Positions 9,043 through 18,713 of a DNA stretch of 64,000 bases are shown piece by piece. Every line of letters starts with the position of its first letter. The first letter of the stretch is position 1. Source of the stretch: an uncultured virus (IMG/VR IMGVR_UViG_3300027707_000912) (lineage: Duplodnaviria; Heunggongvirae; Uroviricota; Caudoviricetes); the IMG/VR virus record IMGVR_UViG_3300027707_000912; one strand, 5' to 3'. The translations under genes and the position numbers were made by a program. A model generated the notes under the pieces. It was not told the origin of the DNA, did no database searches, and worked only from the letters and a program-made list of their open reading frames with translations.

Positions 9043-9399
9043 ATGGACTTTTTAATATACATTGTCGTGGCCGTAGTTGCATTTTGGATTGGTTGGCATG
9101 CTAGGGGTATTATCTTTCTAGCCAATATCAGCGAAAATCCAGAACGTGTTATTGACATGCTTAACAAGATCAAAAAGATAAACGAGGAAGAGGACGATGG
9201 CATTGTTAGTGCAGAAGGCACTGAATTGTTCATTGAACAAGTTGGCAACGGACTTTATGCTTACATTAAAGATACCAAACAATTTGTTGCCCAAGCACCA
9301 GATTTGAGTAGCTTGCTGATTGAAGCCCATAAACGTTTTCCAACACAGAAGTTTTTTGGAAAAATATCTAACGAAAATTCTGCCAAAGAACTTGCTTAA
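9043..9399 (+). CDS. membrane-anchored hypothetical protein
   Basis: GGAG RBS; N-terminal TM helix. Confidence 0.65.
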   Translation: MDFLIYIVVAVVAFWIGWHARGIIFLANISENPERVIDMLNKIKKINEEEDDGIVSAEGTELFIEQVGNGLYAYIKDTKQFVAQAPDLSSLLIEAHKRFPTQKFFGKISNENSAKELA

Positions 9400-9420
9400 T
9401 ATCTTGTGTTGTACTATACT
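9392..9420 (+). promoter_or_regulatory. sigma70-type promoter
   Basis: TTGCTT-17nt-TATACT. Confidence 0.6.
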
Positions 9421-9476
9421 AGTAAAACGTTGGTGATACGCACCGACACACTGATATAAAACACAAAGGAAACAAT

Positions 9477-9749
9477 ATGAAATTTTTCAATCCAGAAACT
9501 AAGACTTACAAGATCTTCAACGCATTGTACAATGGCGACACATTGACAGCTAGCCAAGCTGAAAAGCGTTTTGGCGTTAAGAACATTAGCGCAGAAGTAA
9601 GCCGTATCCGTTCAAACGGTTATGCGATCTATGCTAATGCACGTAAAGCTGGCAATGGCGTTCAGGTAACTGAATACGCTATGGGTAAGCCATCACGTGA
9701 AATTATTGCCTTAGGTTATAAAGCCAAGGCAATGGGCATTACTCTTTAA
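9477..9749 (+). CDS. winged helix-turn-helix DNA-binding protein
   Basis: LTASQAEKRFGVKNISAEVSRIRSNGYAI pattern; own promoter and terminator. Confidence 0.7.
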   Translation: MKFFNPETKTYKIFNALYNGDTLTASQAEKRFGVKNISAEVSRIRSNGYAIYANARKAGNGVQVTEYAMGKPSREIIALGYKAKAMGITL

Positions 9750-9766
9750 TTAGATACTGCTTAGTC

Positions 9767-9796
9767 AAAAAGCCCACAGAGTCGTGGGCTTTTTTT
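9767..9796 (+). terminator. intrinsic terminator
   Basis: AGCCCAC-agagtc-GTGGGCT followed by T run. Confidence 0.85.
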
Positions 9797-9807
9797 ATAA
9801 CTATACT

Positions 9808-10092
9808 ATGACTATTAAAAACACTATAAATTGGATTAAACAAGATTATAATGAGTACCCGTTGCGATTTAGTTTGGAGTTAGTTGCATGGTTCATGAGT
9901 ATCAGTTGTACAATATGGATGGGTTATACATTACCAAATCCTCCGTTTATATTTTTATATCCGCTGTTCATTATACAATGTTGTATATTTGCGTGGGCCG
10001 CTTGGACTAGAGGTTCAACTGGTATGATTGCCAATTACATGCTAATCTCAACTATTGATGTTGTAGCCTACATTAGGATGATTACACAATGA
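9808..10092 (+). CDS. three-TM membrane protein
   Basis: three hydrophobic segments; track GTG start lies in terminator so ATG 9808 chosen. Confidence 0.65.
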   Translation: MTIKNTINWIKQDYNEYPLRFSLELVAWFMSISCTIWMGYTLPNPPFIFLYPLFIIQCCIFAWAAWTRGSTGMIANYMLISTIDVVAYIRMITQ

Positions 10093-10259
10093 AGTTAGGT
10101 GATTTATTCAGTACCGCATCAGGATTACTATTTAAAGTAACAGGAATAGAGCTTAGGGATAATGACCCATGGGTTCTTTACGAAAACACACAGACATTGG
10201 AAAGTTATTCATGCAGACAAGAAGCGTTCTTATCGCGATTCTTTGCCTTGGTTGCTTAA
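10089..10259 (+). CDS. hypothetical protein (56 aa, not in ORF track)
   Basis: MKLGDLFSTASG..YSCRQEAFLSRF; ATGA overlap. Confidence 0.6.
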   Translation: MKLGDLFSTASGLLFKVTGIELRDNDPWVLYENTQTLESYSCRQEAFLSRFFALVA

Positions 10260-10435
10260 ACGGCTGTGCCGTTTATAACGTGGCCAGTATAGGCAGTTAC
10301 GCTGTCACAGGTAAGAGTATTGGCGATCACGCAGGGTCAACCGTTTCAGGCGGTGACTGCAATACTATCAAACATCTTTGGAATGGGAAATACATTTGCG
10401 AAATGCCCGTTGTCTACAATCGATCAGCGTTCTAA
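10211..10435 (+). CDS. putative lipoprotein
   Basis: signal peptide with lipobox LNGC. Confidence 0.6.
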   Translation: MQTRSVLIAILCLGCLNGCAVYNVASIGSYAVTGKSIGDHAGSTVSGGDCNTIKHLWNGKYICEMPVVYNRSAF

Positions 10436-10439
10436 TGAG

Positions 10440-10468
10440 TTGACAACTTTCTGGAATGGCATTATAAT
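10440..10468 (+). promoter_or_regulatory. sigma70-type early promoter
   Basis: TTGACA-17nt-TATAAT. Confidence 0.9.
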
Positions 10469-10496
10469 AAACACATATTAACACACAGAGGCATGT

Positions 10497-11627
10497 ATGA
10501 CATTCAAGTTCAAATACGAGGACGTTACTAAAAAACCAAATCCAATGGTTAAAATCAATCCTCTCAAACGTGGATCTGGTAAGACTGTTAATCTTCAAGA
10601 TCGAGTTAATACTCTTAACAAGAGTGCGGCTTGGAAGAAAACAATCAAGGCTTGGACTAACCAAAGCAAACAGTTTGACCTTACACGCTTGCCAAAAGTC
10701 TCAATGGAGAAACTTGGATCGATTGATATTGATGAAGACATCCAACGTGCATTAGATGACAAGCATTGTGCTAATCGCATTGCTGACCCAGGCTTGTTTG
10801 ACCCGGCATTGCTACAAACAGCTCAGTGTATTAAAACTACCAAAGGTAAGTTTATTAGTATTGACAGTCAACATACTGTTAGTACAGTTGCCGCATTAAT
10901 TGATGCTGGTCTAGTACCGGGCCACACTGACTGGAGAGAATTTGAATTTCCATTCCAATACATTGAAACTAATAATCTAGCCTATGCTCGACGTGCATTT
11001 AGTATTCTTAACGGCAAGGGCAAGAAAAAGCAGTCAGCATACCAACAGATGCGTAATAGTATCTTCATCGTGCGCATTGACAAAGACAAGTCTGATCAGG
11101 AAGACGTTGATCTTGAAAAGAAGGTTAGTGTTGCTGAAAAGTACGAGTGCTTTCCGGTTGAGACCGAAAGTGACTTGGCTAAGTATCCCGGAACATTTAC
11201 TAACATTGCTACGTTTAAAACTCTTAATGATGACGAAGTAGAACAATCATGTGAATGGCACCATAAGTATTTTCACTACGAAAACGTTCACGTTAGTCTG
11301 TTCTTTGTGTTCCGTGACTTGTGCCGCCAGTTTGATAGTGCTAAGATCAAGTTGACTCCTAAGTTCCAAGAAGAACTAGCCGCAATGGTACAAAGTTGCT
11401 TTGGTAACTTGTCACAGTTCCAAGAGTCTGTTACAGAAGCACATCGCCGTTGGACTGTACAGCGATATGGTTATCAAGCCGCATGGGACGACGATGCCTA
11501 TGCTTGTGCGTTGATTCAACTATATCAACATTTTGGTGGCAAGGAACGAGTCGCACCTACTTTACTTGACCACTTCGACGGACTTATTGAGTTTTTTGAC
11601 CAAGACATTTTGAACCTAGCTGAATAA
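10497..11627 (+). CDS. ParB/DndB (DGQHR)-like domain protein
   Basis: IQRALD, IDSQHT (DGQH variant), AFSILNG motifs. Confidence 0.55.
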   Translation: MTFKFKYEDVTKKPNPMVKINPLKRGSGKTVNLQDRVNTLNKSAAWKKTIKAWTNQSKQFDLTRLPKVSMEKLGSIDIDEDIQRALDDKHCANRIADPGLFDPALLQTAQCIKTTKGKFISIDSQHTVSTVAALIDAGLVPGHTDWREFEFPFQYIETNNLAYARRAFSILNGKGKKKQSAYQQMRNSIFIVRIDKDKSDQEDVDLEKKVSVAEKYECFPVETESDLAKYPGTFTNIATFKTLNDDEVEQSCEWHHKYFHYENVHVSLFFVFRDLCRQFDSAKIKLTPKFQEELAAMVQSCFGNLSQFQESVTEAHRRWTVQRYGYQAAWDDDAYACALIQLYQHFGGKERVAPTLLDHFDGLIEFFDQDILNLAE

Positions 11628-11971
11628 TGTACTACCTATACCTAATCCAAAGCCCGTTTGGGCGTCCTGGGTTTGGCATCATGCAAACTCCAAAGGAACG
11701 CAATAAACAATACTGTTCACATATGGGCGGAATTGTTAACATGCGGATCTATGGAGGATTGAGAGCCCATGCTAAAGCATTGGAGCGAACAATTAAAACA
11801 CAATATGTAGACAACATCTGGACTATTGATGATTGGGAAACAGAGTGGTTAAATGATACTGTGCCTATGATTCAGTTACAAGAGTATGTAGAAAGTTTAA
11901 TTGCAGAGCGACACTTTAGACTAAAACTCATTGTGCCAGAGTGGAACTTTACACAAGACCTACCTGATTAA
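11627..11971 (+). CDS. GIY-YIG/T5orf172-like protein
   Basis: YLYLI..FGI..ERNKQY..ALERTIK..TEW. Confidence 0.5.
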   Translation: MYYLYLIQSPFGRPGFGIMQTPKERNKQYCSHMGGIVNMRIYGGLRAHAKALERTIKTQYVDNIWTIDDWETEWLNDTVPMIQLQEYVESLIAERHFRLKLIVPEWNFTQDLPD

Positions 11972-11979
11972 ATACTAGC

Positions 11980-12798
11980 ATGAGAATACTAGTAACCGGC
12001 CATGAGGGATTTATTGGCCGCAATATGCTTGCCTGGCTCAATCAAGAAGAAGGTTGGCACATTGACGGCTATGAATGGCATCCAACAGAACGTCCTGACG
12101 TAAGTGGCTATGACTGGGTAATACACCTGGGTGCTATTGCTGATATGACTTGTAATGATGTAGAAGCCATACTCAAACAAAACTACGAGTTCTCCCAGTG
12201 GTTGTTCAACGAGTGCAATTTGCACGGGGTAAACTTACAGTATGCTAGCTCAAGTAGTGTCTACGGTGATAGTAAAGACTTTAGTGAATATGCTCCTTGT
12301 CATCCACAAACACCTTATGCATGGTCTAAGTACCTCTTTGATCGTTGGTGGCCACAACAGAATGTAAACATATATGTACAGGGGTTCCGTTACTTTAATG
12401 TCTACGGCAAGTGGATGCATCTACGAGGCAAACGTGCCAATGCTATTGTCAAGTGGCGCACACAAGCCCGCAAAGAAGGCAAGATCACAGTATGGGAAAA
12501 TGCTGAACATATCCGTCGAGATTGGACTTGGGTTGGTGATGTATGTCGTTTACACATAGACTTTATCAAAGAGGTTAACGGTTCCGGTATATGGAATTGT
12601 GGTGCAGGGTTAACCCACAGCTTTCTAGATATTGCAGAAGAAATAGCAGAACAAGAGAGTGTAGAGTTAGAGTTTGAACCTGTGCCAGATGCTGAAAAAC
12701 AGCGTATGCGACACACTACAAAGGCTGATCTAACCAAGTTAAAAGCCACTATAGGCAAGCGTAAATGGTTAAATGTATTTGAGTTCTTAGCCCAGTAA
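11980..12798 (+). CDS. hldD: ADP-L-glycero-D-manno-heptose 6-epimerase-like SDR
   Basis: TGxxGFIG, HLGA, YASSSSVYG, YAWSK, RYFNVYG. Confidence 0.8.
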   Translation: MRILVTGHEGFIGRNMLAWLNQEEGWHIDGYEWHPTERPDVSGYDWVIHLGAIADMTCNDVEAILKQNYEFSQWLFNECNLHGVNLQYASSSSVYGDSKDFSEYAPCHPQTPYAWSKYLFDRWWPQQNVNIYVQGFRYFNVYGKWMHLRGKRANAIVKWRTQARKEGKITVWENAEHIRRDWTWVGDVCRLHIDFIKEVNGSGIWNCGAGLTHSFLDIAEEIAEQESVELEFEPVPDAEKQRMRHTTKADLTKLKATIGKRKWLNVFEFLAQ

Positions 12799-12817
12799 GA
12801 ACAATAAATACATAACT

Positions 12818-13189
12818 ATGAGAGCAAAAGAATTCACCACCGAAGGTGCCATCGGCACACACCCTAAACGCCCGGCTCGTCCTGGAAGCCGTCCTGATCG
12901 AGGGCATACTACAGAATCTCGATATAAAACAGTATGTGAATACTGTGGTACATCACACGATAAAGTTTTAGACGAGCATGGTAAAGCATCACGTGAACTA
13001 TGTAAAAGTTCTAAGCCCGACGCAGACTTAGGTGCTAGTATGCTGTCAAGTTGTAAGTCACAAGGCCTACGTGCCCGTGATGGTGAGAAATCACATAAGC
13101 TAGGCAAAGATAAAAAGAGTCGTATTAAAGTAGGAGGGCACCGTATCAAAGGACAGAAGTACGGAGGTCCCTTGCCTGACTGGAGTTAA
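12818..13189 (+). CDS. basic Cys-rich putative internal virion protein
   Basis: MRAKEFTTE leader; TAAATA upstream. Confidence 0.6.
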   Translation: MRAKEFTTEGAIGTHPKRPARPGSRPDRGHTTESRYKTVCEYCGTSHDKVLDEHGKASRELCKSSKPDADLGASMLSSCKSQGLRARDGEKSHKLGKDKKSRIKVGGHRIKGQKYGGPLPDWS

Positions 13190-13190
13190 T

Positions 13191-13751
13191 ATGCGATTCA
13201 ACGAATTTAAAAATGTTAACGAAAACCTAGATAATATACTTGGCGCTATAATGGGCAAAGCTGGTATAGATATCACAGCTGGCAATAAGACAACAGATGC
13301 AAATAATATATCTATGGATGTAAATAAGCCAGCCAGCGATACAACATTTAAAGCTCATCCAGGGATAACATTACGAACATCAACAGGCATTGAAATGCCT
13401 GCAAACGGCTCACTAACTAGCCCATTTGGACAACGTGCAAGAGGCATGCATTGGGGAACTGACATTGCAGTACCGGTTGGAACACCAGTCAAAGCTCCTG
13501 AAGATTGTTTTGTTGGATCTATTGACAACAATAGTATAGCCGGATTACATGTTAATTTAACTGATGGTGCCGGACGATTAAAACATCGACTATTACATTT
13601 GTCACAAGTAAAAGTTAAACTAGGACAACTGGTTAGAAAAGGCGATGTAGTAGCACTGAGCGGCAACAGTGGAAATTCTACTGGTCCTCACTTACACTGG
13701 GAAAAATATGTTGCCGGCCGTCCAGTAGACCCAATGAAGTATATAGGATAA
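13191..13751 (+). CDS. M23 family peptidoglycan endopeptidase
   Basis: TSPFGQR, HWGTD (HxxxD), STGPHLHWE (HxH). Confidence 0.92.
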   Translation: MRFNEFKNVNENLDNILGAIMGKAGIDITAGNKTTDANNISMDVNKPASDTTFKAHPGITLRTSTGIEMPANGSLTSPFGQRARGMHWGTDIAVPVGTPVKAPEDCFVGSIDNNSIAGLHVNLTDGAGRLKHRLLHLSQVKVKLGQLVRKGDVVALSGNSGNSTGPHLHWEKYVAGRPVDPMKYIG

Positions 13752-13753
13752 TT

Positions 13754-14488
13754 ATGCGATATTCAGAATTTAAAAAGATCAACGAGGACTTAGACGGCAT
13801 ACTTAATGCCATCATGGGTAAAGCTGGAGTAAACGTTGCGGCCTTCAATAAAACTGAGACTGACAAACTAGCTGCCGCTGACAAGCCAGCTACTCCTAGT
13901 ACGGAAAAGCCAACTACTCCCAGTACGGAAAAGCCAACTACTCCTAGTACTGAAAAGCCAACTACTCCTGAACCCCAAACATCAGTCACAGTGTCAAATG
14001 GTTATACTCCTAAAGGTGCCACACCAGAACAAATGAAACAGTTTGGTCCTAGTTCTAAAGACAAGATCAACTGGAGAGAAATGCGTTCTTACATAGCAAA
14101 CAAGCTAAGTTTTAACCATGCAGTCGCTATGGTAGTAAACTGTAAATGGGAAAGCGGTTGGCAACCGGGTCGTTGGGTACACAGTGATGCTAGCCAAGGA
14201 CCAAGTGGTGGATTGTTTATGTTTCACGATCTTACCTTTAGTGGTAAGGGGTTCTTTAGTTCAATGGCGCAAGCCTGTGGCGGCCCCGGCAAGTGGCAAA
14301 CTAACTGGCAAGGACAAATTGATTTTGCCTTGTCATCACGTATAGGAAAAGGGCCAGCATTTGCCGCTAGAACATTTAAATCACCTGAAGAAGCAACGTA
14401 CTGGTTTTGCGTAGAGTTTGAACGTCCACAAGATAAAGAGGCAAAGGGAAGAGAACGTGCCAAAGAAGCGCAACTCTATAGTAAGTAA
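13754..14488 (+). CDS. phage tail lysozyme-like muramidase with PT-rich linker
   Basis: N..WESG, GLF, QIDFAL, ATYWFCVEFERP. Confidence 0.75.
   Translation: MRYSEFKKINEDLDGILNAIMGKAGVNVAAFNKTETDKLAAADKPATPSTEKPTTPSTEKPTTPSTEKPTTPEPQTSVTVSNGYTPKGATPEQMKQFGPSSKDKINWREMRSYIANKLSFNHAVAMVVNCKWESGWQPGRWVHSDASQGPSGGLFMFHDLTFSGKGFFSSMAQACGGPGKWQTNWQGQIDFALSSRIGKGPAFAARTFKSPEEATYWFCVEFERPQDKEAKGRERAKEAQLYSK
13883..13969 (+). repeat. 24-bp coding tandem repeat (~3.6 copies, KPTTPSTE)
   Basis: AAGCCAACTACTCCYAGTACKGAA-like units at 13883, 13907, 13931, 13955. Confidence 0.9.
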
Positions 14489-14503
14489 CAATAAATATCT
14501 CAT

Positions 14504-15052
14504 ATGAATATTGTTGGTAATTTAATAATCGCGCCGCCTGCTGTAAAAGGTAACTTCTGGCACAAGACTGTTATCATGGTAACAGAACATCACTCCCAAG
14601 GCAGTGTAGGACTAGTGTTGAACAAGCGTAGTCAAATGAGCATTGTAGAGTTTGGTGAACAACTAGGACATCAAGTTGATGTTCCTGGATTTGTTTATCT
14701 AGGTGGCCCTGTTAATGTTAAGAGCCTGAGCTTCTTACACAGTAACGAATGGACCTGCAAGAACACAATGCAAATAAACGATGAGTTTAGTATAAGTTCA
14801 GCAGATGATATATTACCTAGACTAGCTATGGGAGACCGCCCGGAGCAATGGCGTTTATTTTTGGGCATGTGCGGTTGGAGTCCGGGGCAGTTAGTTGGCG
14901 AGATCAAAGGTCAAACCCCCTGGAATGAAGAAACAAGTTGGTGTTTGGCCAGTGCCGATTACGAACTAGTATACGGGTCAGACACTAAGGATCAATGGTG
15001 CAATGCCCTTGATCGAAGTGGTTTAGAGTTCGCTCAAAGCATATTGACGTAA
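14504..15052 (+). CDS. yqgE: YqgE/AlgH (DUF179) family protein
   Basis: GLVLNK, YLGGPV, GMCGWSPGQL. Confidence 0.9.
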   Translation: MNIVGNLIIAPPAVKGNFWHKTVIMVTEHHSQGSVGLVLNKRSQMSIVEFGEQLGHQVDVPGFVYLGGPVNVKSLSFLHSNEWTCKNTMQINDEFSISSADDILPRLAMGDRPEQWRLFLGMCGWSPGQLVGEIKGQTPWNEETSWCLASADYELVYGSDTKDQWCNALDRSGLEFAQSILT

Positions 15053-15072
15053 ATACAAATTGAGCGTACAAT
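15044..15072 (+). promoter_or_regulatory. sigma70-type promoter
   Basis: TTGACG-17nt-TACAAT. Confidence 0.7.
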
Positions 15073-15123
15073 GTACACTTAACTGGTTGGGTCTGTAAAA
15101 CACAACACAGAAAGAGGTTCAAA

Positions 15124-15639
15124 GTGGCAGATACTTTAGTATTAAATGCAGACGGGTTGCCGGTAAGCGTCCTTCCGTTAAGCACAATCACATGGGAAGA
15201 GTCAATCAAATACATGGTTTTAGACAAGGCCGATGTATTGCTTTATCACGAGAATTGGATTGTGCATTCAGCCCGTTGGGAAACCCAAGTTCCATCAGTT
15301 ATCATGTTACGTGAGTATATGAAGCCAAAGAACGCAGTACGTTTCAGTCGGGCTAATGTATACCTACGAGACAGTGGCAAGTGTCAATATTGCAGTACAA
15401 GTATTGAACGCAAAGAAGCAACGCTGGATCACGTGATTCCAGTTAGCCAAGGTGGCAAGACCACATGGGAAAACACATGTACAGCGTGTGCTCCATGTAA
15501 TGCGGCCAAGGCCGACAAGACCAAAGGATGGAAGCCTAAAGTCAAACCTTACAAGCCCGACTTCTATGATCTTGTAAATAAGCGCAAGAAACAAGAATTC
15601 AATGTGAGGTTCGAAGAATGGTTACAATTCATCCGGTAA
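15124..15639 (+). CDS. HNH endonuclease
   Basis: RD..CQYC..TLDHVIP..GG..WEN..AC..CN..K. Confidence 0.92.
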   Translation: MADTLVLNADGLPVSVLPLSTITWEESIKYMVLDKADVLLYHENWIVHSARWETQVPSVIMLREYMKPKNAVRFSRANVYLRDSGKCQYCSTSIERKEATLDHVIPVSQGGKTTWENTCTACAPCNAAKADKTKGWKPKVKPYKPDFYDLVNKRKKQEFNVRFEEWLQFIR

Positions 15640-16055
15640 AGCGTTTCCTATGGAAAGTCCTAGGATTCATTAGTTTAGGTATGGCGTATGTTGGGTTAAT
15701 TACACCCGGCATACCCTACAGTATTTTTGTAGTGGCCGCCGCCTATTGTTTTGCCAAAGGTTCGCCTAAGATGCACGCCTGGCTATACAATCACAAACTG
15801 TTTGGCCCGTTCCTAACCAACTGGAATACCAAGCGTGTATTCCCTAATAAGATGAAATACTTCATGCTAGCCATGATGACATCAAGTTTGCTGATCATGT
15901 GGTTTACAGGGGTTAAACCTATTGGTATATTAAGTACAGGCATCTTCATGTTGTTTGTAGCAGTATGGGCGTGGCGCTGGCCTGGCAGTGTAGAAGAACA
16001 CGACCAACGTATTGCAGAAGGCCGCAAGATAGGCTGGTTTAACAATAATTTCTAA
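15618..16055 (+). CDS. ybaN: YbaN (DUF454) inner-membrane protein
   Basis: PGIP..F..AAYCFAKGSP..WL..H..FGP motif. Confidence 0.85.
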   Translation: MVTIHPVKRFLWKVLGFISLGMAYVGLITPGIPYSIFVVAAAYCFAKGSPKMHAWLYNHKLFGPFLTNWNTKRVFPNKMKYFMLAMMTSSLLIMWFTGVKPIGILSTGIFMLFVAVWAWRWPGSVEEHDQRIAEGRKIGWFNNNF

Positions 16056-16082
16056 TAAATACTCTGTTAACACGGAGTTTAT

Positions 16083-16517
16083 ATGAAGAAGCTATTAGCA
16101 GTATTATTGTTAGTCCCAGTACTAGCATTTGCACAAAAAACACCCCAAGGCGTTACATATGACGCACAAATTATCAGAGTAACGGATGGCGATACAGTTG
16201 TTATCGCCGCACCCTTTCTACCTGCACCCCTTAAGCCCGAACTTGCGGTACGAGTCTATGGAGTCGATACTCCGGAAAAAGGATTTAGAGGTCAATGCGA
16301 CAGCGAAAAGCAACGTGGTGAAGCCGCTTCCGTTTTCACTAAAGGTCTCATTAATGCCAGCCAACAGCGACAAGTCATTCTATATGGTTGGGATAAATTT
16401 GGTGGTCGTGTTTTGGGCGACCTCATTCTAAACGGACAGAGCTTACGTGCTCAATTAATTGCTAACGGATTTGCGAGAGAATATTATGGTGATGCTAAAC
16501 AAAGTTGGTGTAACTGA
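16083..16517 (+). CDS. secreted thermonuclease (SNase fold)
   Basis: signal peptide; DGDT, VRVYGVDTPE, DKFGGRVLG. Confidence 0.9.
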   Translation: MKKLLAVLLLVPVLAFAQKTPQGVTYDAQIIRVTDGDTVVIAAPFLPAPLKPELAVRVYGVDTPEKGFRGQCDSEKQRGEAASVFTKGLINASQQRQVILYGWDKFGGRVLGDLILNGQSLRAQLIANGFAREYYGDAKQSWCN

Positions 16518-16526
16518 TGAACCCTA

Positions 16527-16730
16527 ATGACTACCCAGTATACCCAGAGGACGATGGATATGATAGACCGCGCAACCCTTACAGTCCTGTGTAATAAATT
16601 TATCACAGGCCTAGCCATTTATGGTATTGGCATGAGCCTAGCTTATGCTGGATACATTGGACAAACTTATGATACAAACTATGATTGGTGCGATCCTAGA
16701 TTCTGTTGCCCACCGGAGAATAACAAATGA
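16527..16730 (+). CDS. small membrane/secreted Cys-rich protein
   Basis: TM segment then WCDPRFCCP; start uncertain. Confidence 0.5.
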   Translation: MTTQYTQRTMDMIDRATLTVLCNKFITGLAIYGIGMSLAYAGYIGQTYDTNYDWCDPRFCCPPENNK

Positions 16731-17359
16731 AAATATCTGAGATCATTAGCGAGGTTTTAGATATAACTGGGCCTGCACCTGAGACTAAGTGGCATACCAG
16801 TAAGGACAGCGGTAGTACAGTAGCTAAGTGGACAGATGATACTGGTAAAGAAATACAAACTGTGATATCACCAATCCACTATTCCTCCCCACAAGCAAAA
16901 GATGGCGTTAGTGTAGAGTTTAATAGAAATAAAAACTTTGATATCTCCGGCGACAGTAGTGGTGCAACGCCAAAGATTCTAACAGGAGTAGTTCGAAATC
17001 TCAAACATTACCTTGATACAAGACCAGATATAAATTCACTTTATTTTACCAGTGTAGAACCTAGTAGAACTAAAGCATATCTACGTATGATAGATCGACT
17101 GGCACCAACAATGGGGTTAATAGGTACTCGCATAGCAGATGGCCCTGATGGAACCAGGTTTGCCCTTACTAGAGCTCAACCTGCCCAAAAACATGTGCCG
17201 TTAGTTAACAAAGAGAAAAGTCCAAGCGCATTACCAACTCCGCCGTTGCCAACAAATCAGAATAGCGGCAATTTTACTAACAGAATGACTAGCGGTGGTG
17301 GCATGGGAAGCCAGCGCCTTGATCGTAATCTAAACCCAATGAAACTTCCAAATACTTAA
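16727..17359 (+). CDS. putative internal virion protein
   Basis: MKISEIISE leader. Confidence 0.6.
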   Translation: MKISEIISEVLDITGPAPETKWHTSKDSGSTVAKWTDDTGKEIQTVISPIHYSSPQAKDGVSVEFNRNKNFDISGDSSGATPKILTGVVRNLKHYLDTRPDINSLYFTSVEPSRTKAYLRMIDRLAPTMGLIGTRIADGPDGTRFALTRAQPAQKHVPLVNKEKSPSALPTPPLPTNQNSGNFTNRMTSGGGMGSQRLDRNLNPMKLPNT

Positions 17360-17360
17360 T

Positions 17361-18038
17361 ATGAAAATATCCGAATTACTTAACGAAGACTGGAACAAGG
17401 TCAACAAGAAAGACAAGACAGATGGTCTAAGTCAAAAAGCTGTCAATGCTTATCGCAGAGAGAATCCAGGCAGCAAATTAAAAACTGCTGTTACTACCAA
17501 ACCTAGTAAATTAAAAGCTGGTAGTAAAGCAGCCAAGCGCCGCAAGAGTTTTTGTGCTAGGATGGGCGGCAACAAAGGTCCTATGAAAAAGCCTAATGGT
17601 AAGCCTACTCCTAAAGCGTTGGCCTTACGCCGCTGGAACTGTGAAAGCATTGAACAAATGCAAGAGTTAATCATGTTAGGCGAAACACACATTGCAGAAT
17701 TGAAACAGAGACTGGATCCCAAATGCTGGAAGGGTAAACATAAAGAAGGCACCAAGATCAAAGGCGGTGTTCGTGTTAATAACTGTGTACCTAACGAAAG
17801 TGTATCGGAAAGCGAAAAAAAACGCTGTCTACAATGTGGTATGACTAACTGTAGCTGTAAACCAGGTACCTGTAAATGTAAACCTATTGCTGGTTGGGTT
17901 CCGGGCAAAGGATTTAAGAAAGCAATAGATGAAGCCGCCCTAGAAGAAAAATGGACACAGAAGTATAAGAGCTCAATCAACTGTGCTAGCCCTAAGGGAT
18001 TCTCTCAAAAGGCGCATTGTGCAGGTAAGAAAAAATGA
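17361..18038 (+). CDS. basic Cys-rich modular putative internal virion polyprotein
   Basis: MKISELLNE leader; four Lys/Cys-rich modules separated by Glu-rich linkers. Confidence 0.65.
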   Translation: MKISELLNEDWNKVNKKDKTDGLSQKAVNAYRRENPGSKLKTAVTTKPSKLKAGSKAAKRRKSFCARMGGNKGPMKKPNGKPTPKALALRRWNCESIEQMQELIMLGETHIAELKQRLDPKCWKGKHKEGTKIKGGVRVNNCVPNESVSESEKKRCLQCGMTNCSCKPGTCKCKPIAGWVPGKGFKKAIDEAALEEKWTQKYKSSINCASPKGFSQKAHCAGKKK

Positions 18039-18712
18039 GAGCTAGTGATTTTGAAATCAGCAACTATTCTAAGTTAGATGCAATATTATCTAAACTCTGT
18101 GACCTAGTTGAAAAAGGACAATCCAGTAATAAAGATTATGGTATGGTTGCGTCTGCTGTGTTAGATCCCAATAACAAATTAGTTGCTAGATTAAATCGTC
18201 CTGCTAGCAACGGAAAAAGAATTCATGCAGAACGTGCTGCCATGGAAGCATATGAGAAACAACATGGTTCAATTCCAAGCGGCAGTATTATAATCACTAC
18301 ACTGAGTCCTTGTGATCAAACACATACGGATGAGCGTTATGGTGAAAGTTGTACCAATGTTGTGAATCAATCTAATGTAAAGAAAGTCTACTGTGGATAT
18401 ATAGATCCTACAGAAAAAGAAGATGATGACGCAAGACAATTTACTCTGTTAGAAACAACAGATTCATCATTACGAGATAAGTGTAAGAAATTTGCCAGTA
18501 CATTTTTAGATAATGTAACTGAAAGCATAACACCTAACACTATACACAAATTGGCAGACCGTAAGGGCGTTAAATGGGATAATGAACCCAGTTTCCTTCG
18601 TCTTACCAAACGATTAACGGGCAAAGAGCACTTGGATGACTTAGACCAATCAGAGTTACAACAAGTTAAAAAACATTTAGAGAAACAAAGTGTGACTGAA
18701 GGCTTGAAATAA
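18035..18712 (+). CDS. zinc-dependent cytidine/dCMP deaminase-fold protein with C-terminal helical module
   Basis: HAE..TTLSPC..C motif. Confidence 0.8.
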   Translation: MRASDFEISNYSKLDAILSKLCDLVEKGQSSNKDYGMVASAVLDPNNKLVARLNRPASNGKRIHAERAAMEAYEKQHGSIPSGSIIITTLSPCDQTHTDERYGESCTNVVNQSNVKKVYCGYIDPTEKEDDDARQFTLLETTDSSLRDKCKKFASTFLDNVTESITPNTIHKLADRKGVKWDNEPSFLRLTKRLTGKEHLDDLDQSELQQVKKHLEKQSVTEGLK

Positions 18713-18713
18713 A

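Noticed and set aside
13883..13969. Direct repeats as a possible CRISPR array
   Set aside because: Contiguous 24-bp in-frame units without spacers; a coding linker.
15124..15639. HNH as an intron- or intein-borne homing element
   Set aside because: Free-standing with its own promoter; flanking genes are intact and unrelated.
17450..17980. Long antisense or alternate-frame ORFs in the track (e.g. 17450..17980, 51871..52386, 60970..61446)
   Set aside because: Shadows of well-supported genes, with no RBS, promoter or motifs.
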